Positions 53,036-62,801 of a stretch of DNA of 64,000 nucleotides are shown one piece after another. The notes below the pieces were generated by a model, which did not search any database, was not told the origin of the DNA, and was given only the letters and a program-made list of their open reading frames with translations. Made by a program: the position numbers and the translations under genes. The stretch is from Balanoglossus misakiensis (taxonomy: Eukaryota > Animalia > Hemichordata), in contig JBECUI020000031.1 of NCBI GenBank assembly GCA_040954595.2, positions 235,417 to 299,416 of the forward strand, in the 5' to 3' direction. Every line of letters starts with the position of its first letter. Within the stretch, counting starts at the first letter, position 1.

Positions 53036-53992
53036 ATGCGTATTAAGCAGGTAACATGGAATCCATTGGTTCTGATTTTCATGTTTTTTATTATCACTGC
53101 CCCCATAGGGGCCGGGGGGAATGCCGATGTATCCTCTGCAAAAGCTTCCATTACTGTGGCTTCAAAAATTGATACCGAAGGAGGGCTTCTAGGCCATATT
53201 ATGGTCCACCTTCTAAGCGATGCAGGATTTGAAGTCAACAATCGAGTACAGTTAGGCCCCACCGATATTGTTCGCAAAGCAATCAAAAACGGCGAAATCG
53301 ACATCTACCCTGAGTACACAGGGAACGGAGCGTTTTTCTATCCTGACCATGGACTAGGCGATGTTTGGAAAGATCCTAAGGGAGGTTGGGAAGCCATTAG
53401 TAAACTGGACAAGGAAGCTGAAAATCTTATTTGGCTCAAACCAGCCCCGGCCAATAACACCTGGGCTATTGCCCTTCGCCAGGATCTGGCCGATGCTGAA
53501 AACCTAAAAACCTTGAGTGACTTTGGCCGTTGGGTAGCTGGAGGGGGCAAGGTGAAGTTGGCAGGTTCAGAAGAATTTGTCAGTCGGCCTGATTCTCTTC
53601 CTTCCTTTGAGGCCGCCTACGGCTTTCATCTAACAAAAGATCAGCTCCTCATACTGTCCGGAGGCAACACCACCACCACCGAACAGGCGGCCTCCAGACA
53701 AACCGATGGGGTTAACGCCGCCATGGCCTACGGTACCGATGGGCAGTTGGCAGCCCTTGGACTCGTGGTTATGATCGATGACAAAAAAGTACAACCGGTC
53801 TACGAACCGGCTCCCCTTATTCGCAGTGAAGTGCTGGAACGTTATCCTGAAATAGCCGGAATTCTGGAACCAGCATTTTCTCAACTTGACCTTAAGACCC
53901 TTCAAATGTTGAACTCCAGGATTGCCGTGGAAGGTCAACCCTCTACAGAGGTTGCACAGCAGTGGCTCCGCAGCAAGGGATTGCTTAACTGA
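53036..53992 (+). CDS. osmF: Osmoprotectant ABC substrate-binding protein (OsmF/YehZ-like)
   Basis: ASKIDTEG, IYPEYTGNG, ANNTWAIA, AMAYGTDG, QPVYEPAP. Confidence 0.85.
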   Translation: MRIKQVTWNPLVLIFMFFIITAPIGAGGNADVSSAKASITVASKIDTEGGLLGHIMVHLLSDAGFEVNNRVQLGPTDIVRKAIKNGEIDIYPEYTGNGAFFYPDHGLGDVWKDPKGGWEAISKLDKEAENLIWLKPAPANNTWAIALRQDLADAENLKTLSDFGRWVAGGGKVKLAGSEEFVSRPDSLPSFEAAYGFHLTKDQLLILSGGNTTTTEQAASRQTDGVNAAMAYGTDGQLAALGLVVMIDDKKVQPVYEPAPLIRSEVLERYPEIAGILEPAFSQLDLKTLQMLNSRIAVEGQPSTEVAQQWLRSKGLLN

Positions 53993-54045
53993 GGAAAAGG
54001 AAGTCTCCCGGTGACCTCCGGATCGATGCTGTACCTCTAGTAGCT

Positions 54046-55170
54046 TTGGTCCTGGGAGGACTGTTCCTTTTACTCCCTTTTTTATACATAAAGGAAAACC
54101 GAATTGTTGACGGTTTCCCACTTTTTGTGGGAAACCTCTTAACGCCGCCCTTGAGCATAGGCCTTATACTCCTGGCAGTGGCAACAGCCCTTGGTGCTAT
54201 CCTTTCGGGTTTTTGGCAGCGCTGTTTCTACATCGGAGCCGGATTATTGGCTTTATGGCTACCCTTGGGCCTACTTTTTCGGGGAGGGGCCATGCTGCTG
54301 GACATGCCTGCGGCCCGTTTTAGCCCTGGTTTAGGTTTTTGGGGCGGCCCTTTAATTTCCTATGTCCTTCTTAACCATCGCAAAACTTCTGCGAGTCTGG
54401 GGAAGAAGCTTTTCTTACTTGTCTGCTGCGTGCTTCCCCCTCTGCTATTTTTTTCTGGAGAGCAGGTAGAGGGTCTGGCACTCGTTAAGGAATGGGCCGC
54501 CAGGCGAGAACGCTTCCCCAAAGAAATTCTGGCTCACGGGCAGTTATTTCTAGGTGCCACACTTGCAGCAACCTTAATAGGCATACCCCTGGGAATAGGC
54601 TCCCGCCGTTCACCCCGACTTGAAAAGTCATTACTGGCCTTTGTGGATTCCATGCAAACCCTGCCATCTCTGGCTCTCTTCGGCCTGCTCATTGCCCCCC
54701 TATCCTGGCTTTCCCAGCGTATTCCGCTGCTGCGCACCTTGGGGATTCAGGGAATAGGTTCTGCTCCAGCCTTTATTGCCCTATGCCTCTACGCCTTGTT
54801 TCCTATACTTCGCAACACGGTTTTGGGTCTGGCTCAGGTATCTCCTTCGGCCTTGGAAGCAGGAAAGGGCTTGGGAATGTCTTCACGGCAGCTGTTCTGG
54901 AAAGTACGCTGGCCCCTGGCCTCCCCCTACATCCTTACCGGAATTCGCACAGCGGCGGTTCAGGGAGTAGGAAATGCCGCCGTGGCAGCCCTTATTGGTG
55001 CCGGAGGTCTGGGGGTATTAATCTTTCAGGGCCTAGGACAGGCGGCCCCGGATCTGGTACTCCTGGGAGTTTTTCCCCTGATAATCATGGCCATCATGGT
55101 GGATCGTTTTTTGGGCTTACTTACGACCTTGCTGGTTCCAAAGGGAATAGAATTGGAGAAGAGATCATGA
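54046..55170 (+). CDS. Osmoprotectant ABC permease (YehY-like); start uncertain
   Basis: QTLPSLALFGLLIAP, LEAGKGLGMS, ALIGAGGLG. Confidence 0.85.
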   Translation: MVLGGLFLLLPFLYIKENRIVDGFPLFVGNLLTPPLSIGLILLAVATALGAILSGFWQRCFYIGAGLLALWLPLGLLFRGGAMLLDMPAARFSPGLGFWGGPLISYVLLNHRKTSASLGKKLFLLVCCVLPPLLFFSGEQVEGLALVKEWAARRERFPKEILAHGQLFLGATLAATLIGIPLGIGSRRSPRLEKSLLAFVDSMQTLPSLALFGLLIAPLSWLSQRIPLLRTLGIQGIGSAPAFIALCLYALFPILRNTVLGLAQVSPSALEAGKGLGMSSRQLFWKVRWPLASPYILTGIRTAAVQGVGNAAVAALIGAGGLGVLIFQGLGQAAPDLVLLGVFPLIIMAIMVDRFLGLLTTLLVPKGIELEKRS

Positions 55171-56138
55171 CTCTGGAACTGCTGGACGTTACAAAAAATT
55201 ATGGAGAAAAAAAGGCTGTCGATGCCGTCAGCCTGAAAATTTTCCAGGGAGAACAGCTCATCCTTATTGGCCCCTCTGGTTGCGGTAAAACCACCCTGCT
55301 AAAAATGATCAATCGCCTGGTAGAGCCCAGCGCCGGGAAAATTCTTGTGGATGGAAACGATGTCTTAGAAGTTTCTCCCGTGGAGCTCAGGCGGCACATT
55401 GGCTACGTTATTCAGCATGTAGGACTTTTCCCCCACATGACCGTTGCCCAAAACGTAGGGACGGTACCGCGGCTTTTAAACTGGGACAAACAGCGCATCC
55501 GTAACCGCACTTGGAAACTACTGGAGCTGGTGGGACTGGACCCAGAGGAATACGCTTCTTCCTGGCCTTCCCGACTTTCAGGGGGAGAGGCACAAAGGGT
55601 GGGAGTGGCCCGCGCCCTCGCCGCCGACCCCCCGGTACTGCTCATGGATGAGCCCTTCGGGGCCGTGGATCCTCTTACTCGGGAGACCTTACAAAAAGAA
55701 TTTGCCCGTATCCAGTCAGAGCTGGACAAAACTGTAATTTTTGTAACCCACGATCTAGACGAAGCCATACGCTTAGGGGACCGCATTGCCGTAATGAACG
55801 AAGGGAAGATTCTTCGAGTGGCCTCCCCGGAAGACATACTTCAAGACAAGGATCCCTTTATCCGGGATTTTACCGGTGAAGGCCGAGCCATAAAGAGACT
55901 TGACCGCATTAACGTCGTTGATGCCCTAAACGCCAAACCCTCCCAAGAAACCCTATCGGCACAGACAAAACCGGCAGCCGTAACCATACAGGGAAACGTC
56001 AGCCTGAAAGACGCCCTGGCACAGATGATAGAGACTGGAAGCTCCACCCTGGAGGTTCTGGACCCCAAGGGGCATAAACTGGGAAAACTTACCTTGACAC
56101 AGCTTATAGAACGCATTTCCGGACGCAAGGCTTCTTAA
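55167..56138 (+). CDS. Osmoprotectant ABC ATP-binding protein (YehX-like)
   Basis: Start MTLELL at 55167; GPSGCGKTT, LSGGEAQR, LMDEPFGAVD. Confidence 0.9.
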   Translation: MTLELLDVTKNYGEKKAVDAVSLKIFQGEQLILIGPSGCGKTTLLKMINRLVEPSAGKILVDGNDVLEVSPVELRRHIGYVIQHVGLFPHMTVAQNVGTVPRLLNWDKQRIRNRTWKLLELVGLDPEEYASSWPSRLSGGEAQRVGVARALAADPPVLLMDEPFGAVDPLTRETLQKEFARIQSELDKTVIFVTHDLDEAIRLGDRIAVMNEGKILRVASPEDILQDKDPFIRDFTGEGRAIKRLDRINVVDALNAKPSQETLSAQTKPAAVTIQGNVSLKDALAQMIETGSSTLEVLDPKGHKLGKLTLTQLIERISGRKAS

Positions 56139-56139
56139 A

Positions 56140-56895
56140 GTGAAGATTTCCCTTGGGAAAGTTCCTGCCCTATGGGGGGCCATAGGTCTGATTCTTCTCG
56201 TGTGGCCCACGGCCCAAGAACTGCTGCTTCGCTTTCTGTTCCCCAGAGAAGAATCCTGGATATATCCCCGGGCAACCCTGCTGCGCCTGGCCGGGGAACA
56301 TTTAATCCTGGCCTTAAGCGCCAGTCTGATTGCGGCCTTCCTTGGGATTTTGCTGGGTGTTCTGGCCACCCGACCTTGGGGACGGCAATTTCTTCCCATG
56401 ATTCGAGACTTGACCTCTCTTTCGCAGACCTTTCCCCCGGCAGCGGTTCTGGCGCTGGCCATTCCCTTCTTAGGATTCGGCTTTCCCCCCACTTTAACGG
56501 CCCTGGTGCTCTACAGCACCCTCCCCGTTTTTAACAACACCATCACCGGAATCGAAACCACCCCTTCCCCAGTAATCGAAGCGGCCCAGGGAATGGGAAT
56601 GAGCCAATGGCAGGTTCTTGTGCAGGTTGTTTTCCCTCTGGCATCTCCTGCCATTGGCTCTGGTATTCGTACCAGCACCATCATTAACATGGGAACGGCA
56701 ACCTTAGGGGCCATCGCCGGGGCTGGAGGATTAGGCTCTCCCATCATAGCCGGTCTAGCAAGAGACAACACGGCCTGGATCTTCCAAGGAGCCGCCGCCA
56801 GTGCCGGTCTGGCACTGGCCTTGAACGCCCTCTTGCGGATGGGCGAGAAACACCTTGCCAAATGGGGAGACACTAGCTCCGTAGAGAACAAATAG
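56140..56895 (+). CDS. Osmoprotectant ABC permease (YehW-like)
   Basis: QTFPPAAVLA, EAAQGMGMS, GIRTS, GAGGLG. Confidence 0.87.
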   Translation: MKISLGKVPALWGAIGLILLVWPTAQELLLRFLFPREESWIYPRATLLRLAGEHLILALSASLIAAFLGILLGVLATRPWGRQFLPMIRDLTSLSQTFPPAAVLALAIPFLGFGFPPTLTALVLYSTLPVFNNTITGIETTPSPVIEAAQGMGMSQWQVLVQVVFPLASPAIGSGIRTSTIINMGTATLGAIAGAGGLGSPIIAGLARDNTAWIFQGAAASAGLALALNALLRMGEKHLAKWGDTSSVENK

Positions 56896-56913
56896 AAAAG
56901 AGGAGAAAATTCT

Positions 56914-58305
56914 ATGCTCTCACAAAAATATGATTTAATTATTCTTGGCTCAGGGCAGGCCGCAGGGCCTTTGAGCAGAGATGCCGCCAAAGCGGGATGG
57001 AAAGTGGCCGTAATCGAAGAACTCTACCCTGGCGGCACCTGTGTCAACAGCGGCTGTACTCCTACCAAAACCCTTATTGCCAGTGCCCAACATGCCTGGG
57101 AGGCAGAACAGGCGGCAGACTGGGGTCTGGAAGTTCCCCGGGTAAAAAGCGACTGGCCGGCAATACGCCGCCGCCGGGATAACTTGGTAAAAAGATTCAG
57201 GGCTGGTTCCCGCCAGGGACTGGAAAAAACCCCTGGGGTAAAGCTCATTGAAGGCCGAGCCCGCTTTACCGCCCCAGGGAAGGTAGAAGTGGAACTCCCT
57301 CAGCAAGAGACCCTTCTTCTCACGGGGAAACGCATGGTCATCAACACCGGTTGCAAACCCGTCAAACTGCCCCATAAAGGTCTGGAGAAGATCCGCTGGG
57401 TTGATTCCCAAACCATACAAGAAATCGAAAGCCTTCCCGAACATTTGGTTGTTGTAGGCGGAGGATACATTGGACTGGAATTTGGGCAGATGTTCCGGCG
57501 TTTCGGTGTTCAGGTGAGCATACTCCACAAGGGAAAGCACCTTCTATCCCGAGAAGACGAGGACCTAGCAAGAGAAGTCGAAAACATCCTCCGCAGCGAG
57601 GGAATCCGCATTGTGACTCAGGTCCAAGATCTGAACCTTCTGCCCCGAGAAAACAGCTTTTCCATAGAAGTCCGCTGTCCCGGAGAAAATCTTAAGATCG
57701 ATGGAGATATGCTCCTTGCAGCAGTGGGCCGCAGGGCCGCCGTAGAAGACCTGGGGCTGGAAACCTTAGGAGTGGCAACAGACCACCGAGGCTTTATTCA
57801 AGTTGACGAGCACTTAGCCACCACGGCCGACAATGTCTGGGCCGTAGGCGACGTGAAGGGTGGCCCCGCCTTTACCCACATTGCCTACGATGACTATCGT
57901 ATCCTCAGGGACTCCTGGTTTTCTCAGAAAAAACGCACAATCAGGGAACGCCTTGTACCCTACACCGTTTTCATTGACCCCCAGCTCGGCAGAATAGGAC
58001 TCTCCGAAAAGGAAGCCCGGGACAAGGGGCTGCCCTTTGAAGTTTACCAGATGCCTATGAGCCGGGTGGCCCGAGCCCTGGAAGCCGGTAAAACCGCAGG
58101 ATTAATGAAAGTGCTGGCCTCAAGCGAAGATCACCGCATTTTAGGAGCCGCTTTTTTAGGCATGGAAGGGGGAGAAATGGCCACCATGATTCAGCTTTCC
58201 ATGACCGGGGGCCTGAGCATTGACGACCTCAGAGAAGGCATCTTTCCCCACCCTGGTTTAGCAGAATCCTTTAACAACCTTTTCCTATACGGAAAAAAGT
58301 CCTAG
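56914..58305 (+). CDS. Pyridine nucleotide-disulfide oxidoreductase (MerA-like, no C-terminal Cys pair)
   Basis: GSGQA, GGTCVNSGCTPTK, GGGYIGLE, GDVKGGPAFTH, FPHP. Confidence 0.85.
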   Translation: MLSQKYDLIILGSGQAAGPLSRDAAKAGWKVAVIEELYPGGTCVNSGCTPTKTLIASAQHAWEAEQAADWGLEVPRVKSDWPAIRRRRDNLVKRFRAGSRQGLEKTPGVKLIEGRARFTAPGKVEVELPQQETLLLTGKRMVINTGCKPVKLPHKGLEKIRWVDSQTIQEIESLPEHLVVVGGGYIGLEFGQMFRRFGVQVSILHKGKHLLSREDEDLAREVENILRSEGIRIVTQVQDLNLLPRENSFSIEVRCPGENLKIDGDMLLAAVGRRAAVEDLGLETLGVATDHRGFIQVDEHLATTADNVWAVGDVKGGPAFTHIAYDDYRILRDSWFSQKKRTIRERLVPYTVFIDPQLGRIGLSEKEARDKGLPFEVYQMPMSRVARALEAGKTAGLMKVLASSEDHRILGAAFLGMEGGEMATMIQLSMTGGLSIDDLREGIFPHPGLAESFNNLFLYGKKS

Positions 58306-58341
58306 CGGGCCCCCTCCCCGGCCTTCAGAAAGACTCCGAAT

Positions 58342-59710
58342 CTAGTGAATATAGCCCAGCCATTGCGCTTGTTTGTCTAGCATAAGATCGACCAACTCAG
58401 GGATGGTGTTGATTTTATCCACAACGGGATTAGCGAGAAGCGCCTGGATCACATAGTCTTTTTTGCCCGTCAAAATGGCTTCGGCGCTCAGATCATAAAC
58501 CCCAGCATAATTGCGGAGCAAGGCAGCAAAGCCCTTAGGATAATCAGGAAAAGGAATACCTTCCAAACCTGATTTACCTACAAGAGCTGGAACCTCCACA
58601 GCAATATCTCCAGGCAGAGAAGGAATGAGTTTTTCGTTAAGAATGTTAACAGCTGGTTCTTCAAACCCGCTGTTTTCAATAAATCCCTCCATGACCGGCA
58701 CCGCCCGTTCATGAAGGTTCAGCTCAATATCATAACGATTTGCGCGGGACATATCGGCCCTGTAATGCGCCAAGAAATCCAGAATACCGCGATGATCCGC
58801 CACTTCCCAGGCCCAGGGAAGATACTCTCCCAAATGGCTATCTAAGGTAATGGGAAGCAGCCCATAAAGTTCAAGAATTTTCTTGAACAAGGTTCTGTCA
58901 GACCAGGGTTTAAAACTTTGCTTATGATCGATGGCAGGCAGGTAATCGGCACCTTCAGGCCATATATTTGTCTTGCCCGTGCGACGTTCGTATTCCCAGA
59001 TTTCAGTGTAACCCACAAGCCGCTCAAAAAAAGCCGGGGCCTTAGCCCTTACATCGGGATAAGCATCCATGCCGCTATCAGCATAAGAAATATCTACAAG
59101 CACACTACAATGATTCAAGCCCGCCGCCCTATAACGAAGGTTTTCAAAACTGGTTCCCAGCATGGGAGGAAGGTAGCGCTGGAGCGAAGCTATTTCGTGA
59201 CACATGCCAACAAACTTAAGCTCCCCGGTGCTTCCTTTTTACCGTGGTGACAATAGCCGTCATGGGGTTGGTATAGTTAAAAATCCAGGCATCGGGGCAG
59301 ATTTTTGCAATATCATCACAAATCTCCAGAATAGGAGGAGTAACCCGAAGAGCATGGAAAAGCCCTCCAACCCCGCCATTTTCTCCAAAGATCTGCCGAA
59401 CGCCATACTGCTGCGGAAGAAGGCGGTCCATATCCCACAGGGCAAAACGATCCCCTACCTCAATGGAGATCAGAACAAAGTCCGCCCCTTGAAGGGCTTC
59501 TTTCCTGTCCATCGTAGCCCTTATTGAAAAAGGAAGATTTTTCTTCTCAATACAATCTTTCCCGGCCTTGTGAACCTTAGCGACAGCCTCGGCATTGATA
59601 TCCACCAAGGTTATCTCAGATCCTGCAAGAACCTGACTTTGGAATATATCTCCCAGTATCCCACAGCCAAACTGTGCACTCCCGGCCCCAAATAAAACAA
59701 TCTTAGACAA
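58342..59710 (-). CDS. GH4 alpha-glucosidase/alpha-galactosidase, one frameshift near 59210
   Basis: GAGSAQF, GENGGVGG, NYTNPM, CHE, AGLNH, SHLGEY, VEVP. Confidence 0.88.
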
Positions 59711-59897
59711 TGCCTATCTCCTTCCCATTTTAACTTGGATCTATTCCTAGAGCATTCCCTTCTTTCTGTCAATAAAATTTTTATTCATGCATTAAGAAGT
59801 TTAGAAGGGAGAAGTTCCGATGCCTTTCCTGGGGAGAACTTCGGCTTCTTTAGTCCTCCCCTTAATGTATCAGGAAAGGCTCACTTAAGCCTTGGGA

Positions 59898-60119
59898 TCA
59901 GTTTGGGGGAGCATGGTTATTGGCTGACTGGATTTTTTCGTTATATCGGTCAACAATCCCAGAAAGCAGGAACAGGTCAACTATCCAACCTATACCAAAA
60001 AGCCCACCTGTGAATAAATAGAGGATACCTGTTCCTATTTTATTGACATAAAACCTATGCAGCCCTAGCCAACCCAAAAAAATCAATAAAAGATAAGCTT
60101 TAAATTTGTCTTTTTCCAT
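59898..60119 (-). CDS. TM2-domain small membrane protein
   Basis: AYLL.IFLGWLGLHRFY..KIGTGILYLFTGGLFGIGW.VD. Confidence 0.9.
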   Translation of the reverse strand: MEKDKFKAYLLLIFLGWLGLHRFYVNKIGTGILYLFTGGLFGIGWIVDLFLLSGIVDRYNEKIQSANNHAPPN

Positions 60120-60611
60120 TTTTTTTCTCCTTCCTTCTTTTCTTGTTTTTTATACGCTAAACAAGGAGTTTTATTCTGTCAAGGGGAAAAAAATATTTAA
60201 CATATATGCTTAGAGTCATATTTAAGAATACAGAAAAAAAGGGTTTAAGTATGAAAACCTGGGAATTGCTGGGGGCTGTGGAAGGAAAAGATTGATTCTC
60301 TGTAGCTTTGTTTATTCAACACCAATATTTTTACTTTTAGCTAAGGCATTATCAGAATTATTTCCCCATTCCTCCAGGCCATAATATCCTAATGGATAAA
60401 TTTTTACCTTTGGTATGAGTCAATTTAAAAATACTCACCTGAGTACCAGCCTTGATCGGACTCAGTGCTTTGCAAGACTGCCCTAGGGTGATTAGGGCGG
60501 TGCCCAAGGTTTTCCAGGCTGGGGTTGCAGGGCAGTTCTTTTTAAAGTGAGACTGTCACTAGCATTGTTAAAGCTCCAAAAATTTGGCATTAGAAAAGAA
60601 GGGCTGTTATT

Positions 60612-61029
60612 GTGTGCAAGACTGATGGTTTTAACAAGCTGGCAGAAAAACTGGCTCAAATTTTGAAACCTGATAGTACCAGACATGGCAACAAGGCTGG
60701 CGAAGACCGCCATGAAGCGAAAACTGTGGAGAAAGGAGGTACAGTTCAACCGCTGAAGCAGGAAACTCACTTGGAACTGGATCAATTTTTCAAAAGGTGG
60801 GATTCTCAACACCCCTCGATTGGTCAAAGCTGCTACAATCACTGGGATAGTCTCCTTGCCTTGTTTCCCTATCCCAAGGAAACCCACAGAGCCAGTCACA
60901 CCACCAATGCCACTGGCTCTGTACATCCTATGGGTCTACAGTCGATTAAGAAACAGGAAGCTATTCCCCAAAGATGGCTCAGCGTTTAAGATAATTTATC
61001 TAACTAGAAGCAGGCTTATAGAACAATAA
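60612..61029 (+). pseudogene. Degraded IS256-family transposase C-terminal fragment
   Basis: W..QHPSIGQS...HWDSLLALFPYPKE...TTNA and LRNRKLFPKDGSAFKIIYL match the mutator-family C-terminus. Confidence 0.75.
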
Positions 61030-61523
61030 CTCCATACATTAAGGAAACCTAGCCTTAAGGCCGCCACAGCAGCTATGACAACCTTATAATAACACAAAAG
61101 AACAAAGGGAGCAAGGACAGCAGAGAAGGTGACTGATTGCCCAAGACAGGGGGAAATGATCAATATTACCTGCGTTAAGCAGGAATATTGGGGAAATTGT
61201 ACAAACACAGAGCCAGCTTAAGAACTGCTATCGCTACCATTGGTCATGAGATTGAGGGGAGAAAGTTGGGTATCACAATCTCCAAGAGATTGGATTGTAT
61301 ACAGTACCATTAAGCATAATAATTAATAAAGAACAATGTAAGGCATTCCTAAAAAATCTGGATTTTCATCAAAGGAAATTGAGTGTGTATAAAGCAGAAA
61401 AAAACATGGCGCCTTATGCACAGGGAGAAGGGAACCCCGTTTCAAGCTATAATAGAATCTAATCCTCAATGCCCTTTGCCCTGTAGGTAATTAATATGTC
61501 AAGATACTTCCAAAGGATAAACC

Positions 61524-62468
61524 ATGAAAGCAATTGTTAGTTCCCACTATGGCTCAGCCGATGTGTTGAGTGTCGAAGAAATTGAAAAACCAGAAATAAC
61601 CGATAGTGAAATTCTTGTTCGTGTGCATGCCTGTTCCGTTAACCCCATTGATTGGAAGCTAAGAAATGGTAGCATGAAAATAATCAGCGGCTCAAAGCCC
61701 CCTAAGGTTCTCGGCGGTGATTTTTCTGGTACTGTGGAAGCTGTAGGAAAGGAAGTAAGAGAATGTAATGTAGGCGAGGAAGTCTGGGGGCATGTTAATG
61801 CTATCAAGGGTGGAGCCTATGCCGAATATATTAAAGGAACTATTGAAAACATTGGCCTGAAACCTCGCAATTTTCATTTTGTTCAAGCGGCGGCTATTCC
61901 TTTGGCAGGTTTAACAGCCTATCAGTCACTTGTTAACCTTGGTGGAATCAAAGCTCATGCAGAGGTGTTAATCAATGGCTGTAGCGGTGGCGTGGGAAGC
62001 GTTGCGGTGCAGATTGCTAAGTTCTTGGGTTGCAGAGTAACGGGTGTATGCAGCACTAAAAATAGAGAATACGCCAAAAAAATTGGTGTGGATGTGATGG
62101 TTGATTACAAGAAAGAAGATGTCTTCAATTTGGGTAAAAGCTTTGATAGTGTTTATGACTTTGTAGGCAATCTATCCTTCTCTTCATCAAAACGTATAAT
62201 AAAAGAAGGAGGGGTCTTCGTAACGGCCATTCCTACTATTCCCATGCTACTCTTCGGTGGCGTACTCAATTATTTTCGCTCAAAAAAATGCAAGGGAATA
62301 CTGGTTCAGTCATCGAGAGCTAACCTGGAAGCATTAAAGGAGATGGCCGAAACAGGAGCCTTGCAGGCAACTGTTGAAAAAGTTTTTCCATTGAATCAGG
62401 CCCAGCAAGCCCACATGGCTAGTGAATCAGGCCATGTGGTAGGCAAGATAGTCATGACTGTGGAATGA
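61524..62468 (+). CDS. NAD(P)-dependent MDR oxidoreductase (quinone-reductase-like)
   Basis: SVNPIDWK, GGDFSG, GAYAEY, AGLTAYQ, NGCSGGVG, GKIV. Confidence 0.88.
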   Translation: MKAIVSSHYGSADVLSVEEIEKPEITDSEILVRVHACSVNPIDWKLRNGSMKIISGSKPPKVLGGDFSGTVEAVGKEVRECNVGEEVWGHVNAIKGGAYAEYIKGTIENIGLKPRNFHFVQAAAIPLAGLTAYQSLVNLGGIKAHAEVLINGCSGGVGSVAVQIAKFLGCRVTGVCSTKNREYAKKIGVDVMVDYKKEDVFNLGKSFDSVYDFVGNLSFSSSKRIIKEGGVFVTAIPTIPMLLFGGVLNYFRSKKCKGILVQSSRANLEALKEMAETGALQATVEKVFPLNQAQQAHMASESGHVVGKIVMTVE

Positions 62469-62801
62469 TTGCCTGCACCAAGTCACTCCAGCGGATTGCT
62501 AAAACAGCCGGAGTGGCTTGATTGTGCAGCAGGACAAAAATTATACGCTTGATTCTTAGCCGATGATGCCATAGCCTTATCATCCTTGCCCATCATACAA
62601 AAATTCAAAACTCTCAAGAGGGAACACCTTCTCCAACAGGACAACAGGCTTGAGGCGGAAGAGACAGGCAAGGCAAGACGCCCAAGGTCCTTAAACTCAC
62701 ACTTTACTTCTTGACCATGCCGAAGTAGAATGCTTTTGGGTAATATATTAAGTAAGAAAAACATACTATAACTGTACACTACCTCAAGGAACCGGACAGT
62801 T

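Noticed and set aside
54783-55166. N-terminal extension of the 451-aa ABC ATPase ORF
   Set aside because: It overlaps the permease; the real start is the coupled ATG at 55167 after GGAG.
56914-58305. merA mercury resistance
   Set aside because: No C-terminal Cys-Cys pair, no NmerA domain and no mer operon genes.
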